Positions 61,735-64,000 of a stretch of DNA of 64,000 bases are shown here, in pieces. Numbering within the stretch: the stretch's first letter is position 1; every line of letters begins with the position of its first letter. This stretch comes from Squalus acanthias (taxonomy: Eukaryota). Both the position numbers and the translations under genes were made by a program. The notes below the pieces were generated by a model. That model made no database searches. It worked only from the letters and a program-made list of their open reading frames with translations, and was not told the origin of the DNA. The stretch is from contig JASTWF010000034.1 of assembly GCA_030390025.1 (NCBI GenBank), forward strand, positions 1,302,001 through 1,366,000. Direction: 5' to 3'.

Positions 61735-62680
61735 CAACTTATATTTATATAGCGCTTTAAAGTAATAAAACGTCGCAAGGCGCCTCATAGGAGTGTTACC
61801 AATTAAAATTGACACCGAGCCATATACGGAGATGTTGGGGCAGATGAAATAACGCTTGTTGAAAGATGTAGGCCTTTAAGGAGAGCCTTAAAGAACGACA
61901 GAGAAGTAGCGAGGTGGCGAGATTTAGGGAGGGAATTCCAGAGCTTAGCGCCTAGGCAGCTGAAGGCACGACCGGAATTGTGGAGCATTTAAAATCGTGG
62001 TTGTTCAAAAGTCCGCAATAGGTGAGGTGCAGTGTCCTCGGGCGATTTTTGGGATGGAGGAGATTACACAGATAAGGAGGGAAGAGGCCATGGAGGGATA
62101 TGAAAAAGGATGCAAATTTTGTAATCGAGGTGTTGCTTAACTAGGAGCAAATGCAGGTCAGCAAGACGGGTGAGATGCGTGAGCAGGATTGTTGTGAGTT
62201 AGATTGCGGGTGGAAGATTTATATTAACTCAAGTTTATCAAGGATAGAGCTAGGGAGGACGACCAGGAGTGCATTGGAATAGTCAAGCCCAGAGGTGATA
62301 AATGCATGGATGAGAATTCCAGCAGCAAATAAGTTGATGTACGGGTGGAAACTGGCAATAATTACAAAGGTGGAAATGGGCAGTGTTAGTGATATAATGG
62401 ATATGTGGTTGGAATCTCAATTCGTGATCAAATATAACACCATGTTTCAGAACAGACATGATCAGTTTTAGACAGTTGCCGGGAAAGAGATCGAATCAGT
62501 GGAAATGGATGAAGTTCGTGGAGTAAACCGAGGACAATGGCTTCGGGCTTCCCGATATTTAATTCGAGGAAACTTCAACTCATCCAGTACTGGATGTCGG
62601 ACAAGCAGTCTGATAGCAGGGTGTTGGTAGAGGGTTTGAAAGATGTGGAGTAGAGGTAGAGCTGGGTAGGAAATCATAAT
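61735..62680 (-). mobile_element. L2 LINE 3' fragment
   Basis: GRAFSCLGAKLWNSLP; tail ACTT..ATTTATATAGCGC. Confidence 0.72.
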
Positions 62681-62806
62681 ACGAAGACCGTAAACTTTAC
62701 TTAACAAGTTGCAGGGAGTGTAGGAATCAATAAAGATTACATTTCAACGCGGGGAAATCGCAATAACATCGTTTATTTCTCTGTCTGTCTACTGAATAAA
62801 GATACT

Positions 62807-63546
62807 GGCCCAAAAATTCGTGAGGGAGCATTCGTGCGAGGGTAAGGCTTCCCCGCGTACTCTCACTGCGCGCTGGCTTTTTCAGTCCCAGCTCGCATGA
62901 ACTTGATGTTCTGGAAAGCAGCTGTGCAGGGCTTCCGTATCCCACAGGCGCAGTTAATTCGTGCGAGCTGTGGGATCACGTGACTCAGTTAGAGCCAATG
63001 GCAGCACACCATCTTTCATTCATAGCTTTCACAGAAGTGCTGTGAAAGCTATGAAACTATACCCCCCAAAAGAACAGCCAAACCTCAATTAATTTTTTTA
63101 AAAAACCATCAAATTAATAAAATAAGTATAGTTAAATAAATTAACCATTTTAAACAAAAAATAAAATTTTTGAAAAATTTTAAATCTTTTAACAAGTTAT
63201 AAAAATAAACTTACCTGTCTTTAAAGTCTCTAAAAAAGATATACCTGTTAAAAAAATTCAAAATAATACTTAATTAACTACTTACCTTGTTAAAAGAGGG
63301 TCTTACGCCTCCTTTCTTTATGTCTAAAATGTTCCATGCTTACCTGCGCGTTCAAAGCACTAAGTGCACTGCGTGCGCACAGCCTGTAGCGCGCACGCGG
63401 TTCACCTCGGAACCGCCATCCTTTTGAATTCACCAAGTGCCGGTTTTCAGCGCATGCGCAGTGCATGCAGAAAACCGGCAATTGGAGACAGAATACGCGA
63501 GAGTACACAATGCGTACTCTGGCGTAGCGGCACTAATTTTTGGGCC
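62807..63546. mobile_element. Non-autonomous Harbinger MITE (740 bp)
   Basis: TIRs GGCCCAAAAATTCGTG / reverse complement GGCCCAAAAATTAGTG; TSD ACT at 62804-62806 and 63547-63549; subterminal region similar to 20760-20850. Confidence 0.88.
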
Positions 63547-64000
63547 ACTGTGTGTGTCAAATACAGTAAAGGGAGAAACGTCTATTTGATGTCGGAATCT
63601 ACCGCTTACACAAGGACATGAACAGCGCTATATAAATGCAAGTGGTTTATTTCAAGTGTGGGTTTACCTTGATGGGGGAGAGTCTCGGAGGGCGTGCTTG
63701 CGATTCAAATTAGGACAGGGGCAAGTAGAAGAAACCGAGTTTACAAACCAAAAATAGGAACAACACAGTGCGAAACGTGACCCATAATTAACGCAGGATG
63801 CTTTCACTTGCAATGCTTAAAGCAACTCACAACCAAAGTGAAGGGATATTTCACCGCATTCTTCAACTCTTCTCTGAATTTAGTCTGGGTCACTGCATAA
63901 ATAAAGGTGTTGGTGCAGGAGCTGAGGAGCTGGAGCATGTTTGTACTTTCTTGGAGTATAAAGCGTTGGTCATTGAAATTGAAACCTGTGAAATAAGAAT

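Overview
Eukaryotic, repeat-dense vertebrate DNA; the repeat and gene families suggest a cartilaginous fish (inference). There are no prokaryotic features and no CRISPR. From left to right: (1) a 67-bp satellite interrupted by a very young, nearly perfectly palindromic Penelope-like retroelement (PLE, Neptune-type; 1509-7297). It has two open RT+GIY-YIG ORFs head-to-head, a minimal hammerhead ribozyme in each pseudo-LTR (pLTR) and an 11-bp TSD. (2) A 75-bp variant of that satellite in the opposite orientation. (3) A decayed C2H2 zinc-finger exon enclosed by inverted 30-bp-minisatellite/CR1-tail arms. (4) A complete PIF/Harbinger transposon (20737-25319) with a DDE transposase and a 3-exon Myb/SANT partner gene, each with one visible lesion; a related 740-bp MITE lies at 62807-63546. 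(5) CR1 LINEs with SGNH-esterase ORF1, carrying further PLE insertions. (6) A multi-exon Ig-superfamily receptor gene (three full-length Ig exons, one with a stop, plus a truncated one; TM; ITIM-bearing tail; 35478-50263). (7) A decayed tRNA cluster (Ala, iMet) with RTE, L2 and SINE remnants. All coordinates were read by eye; no alignments or database searches were run.
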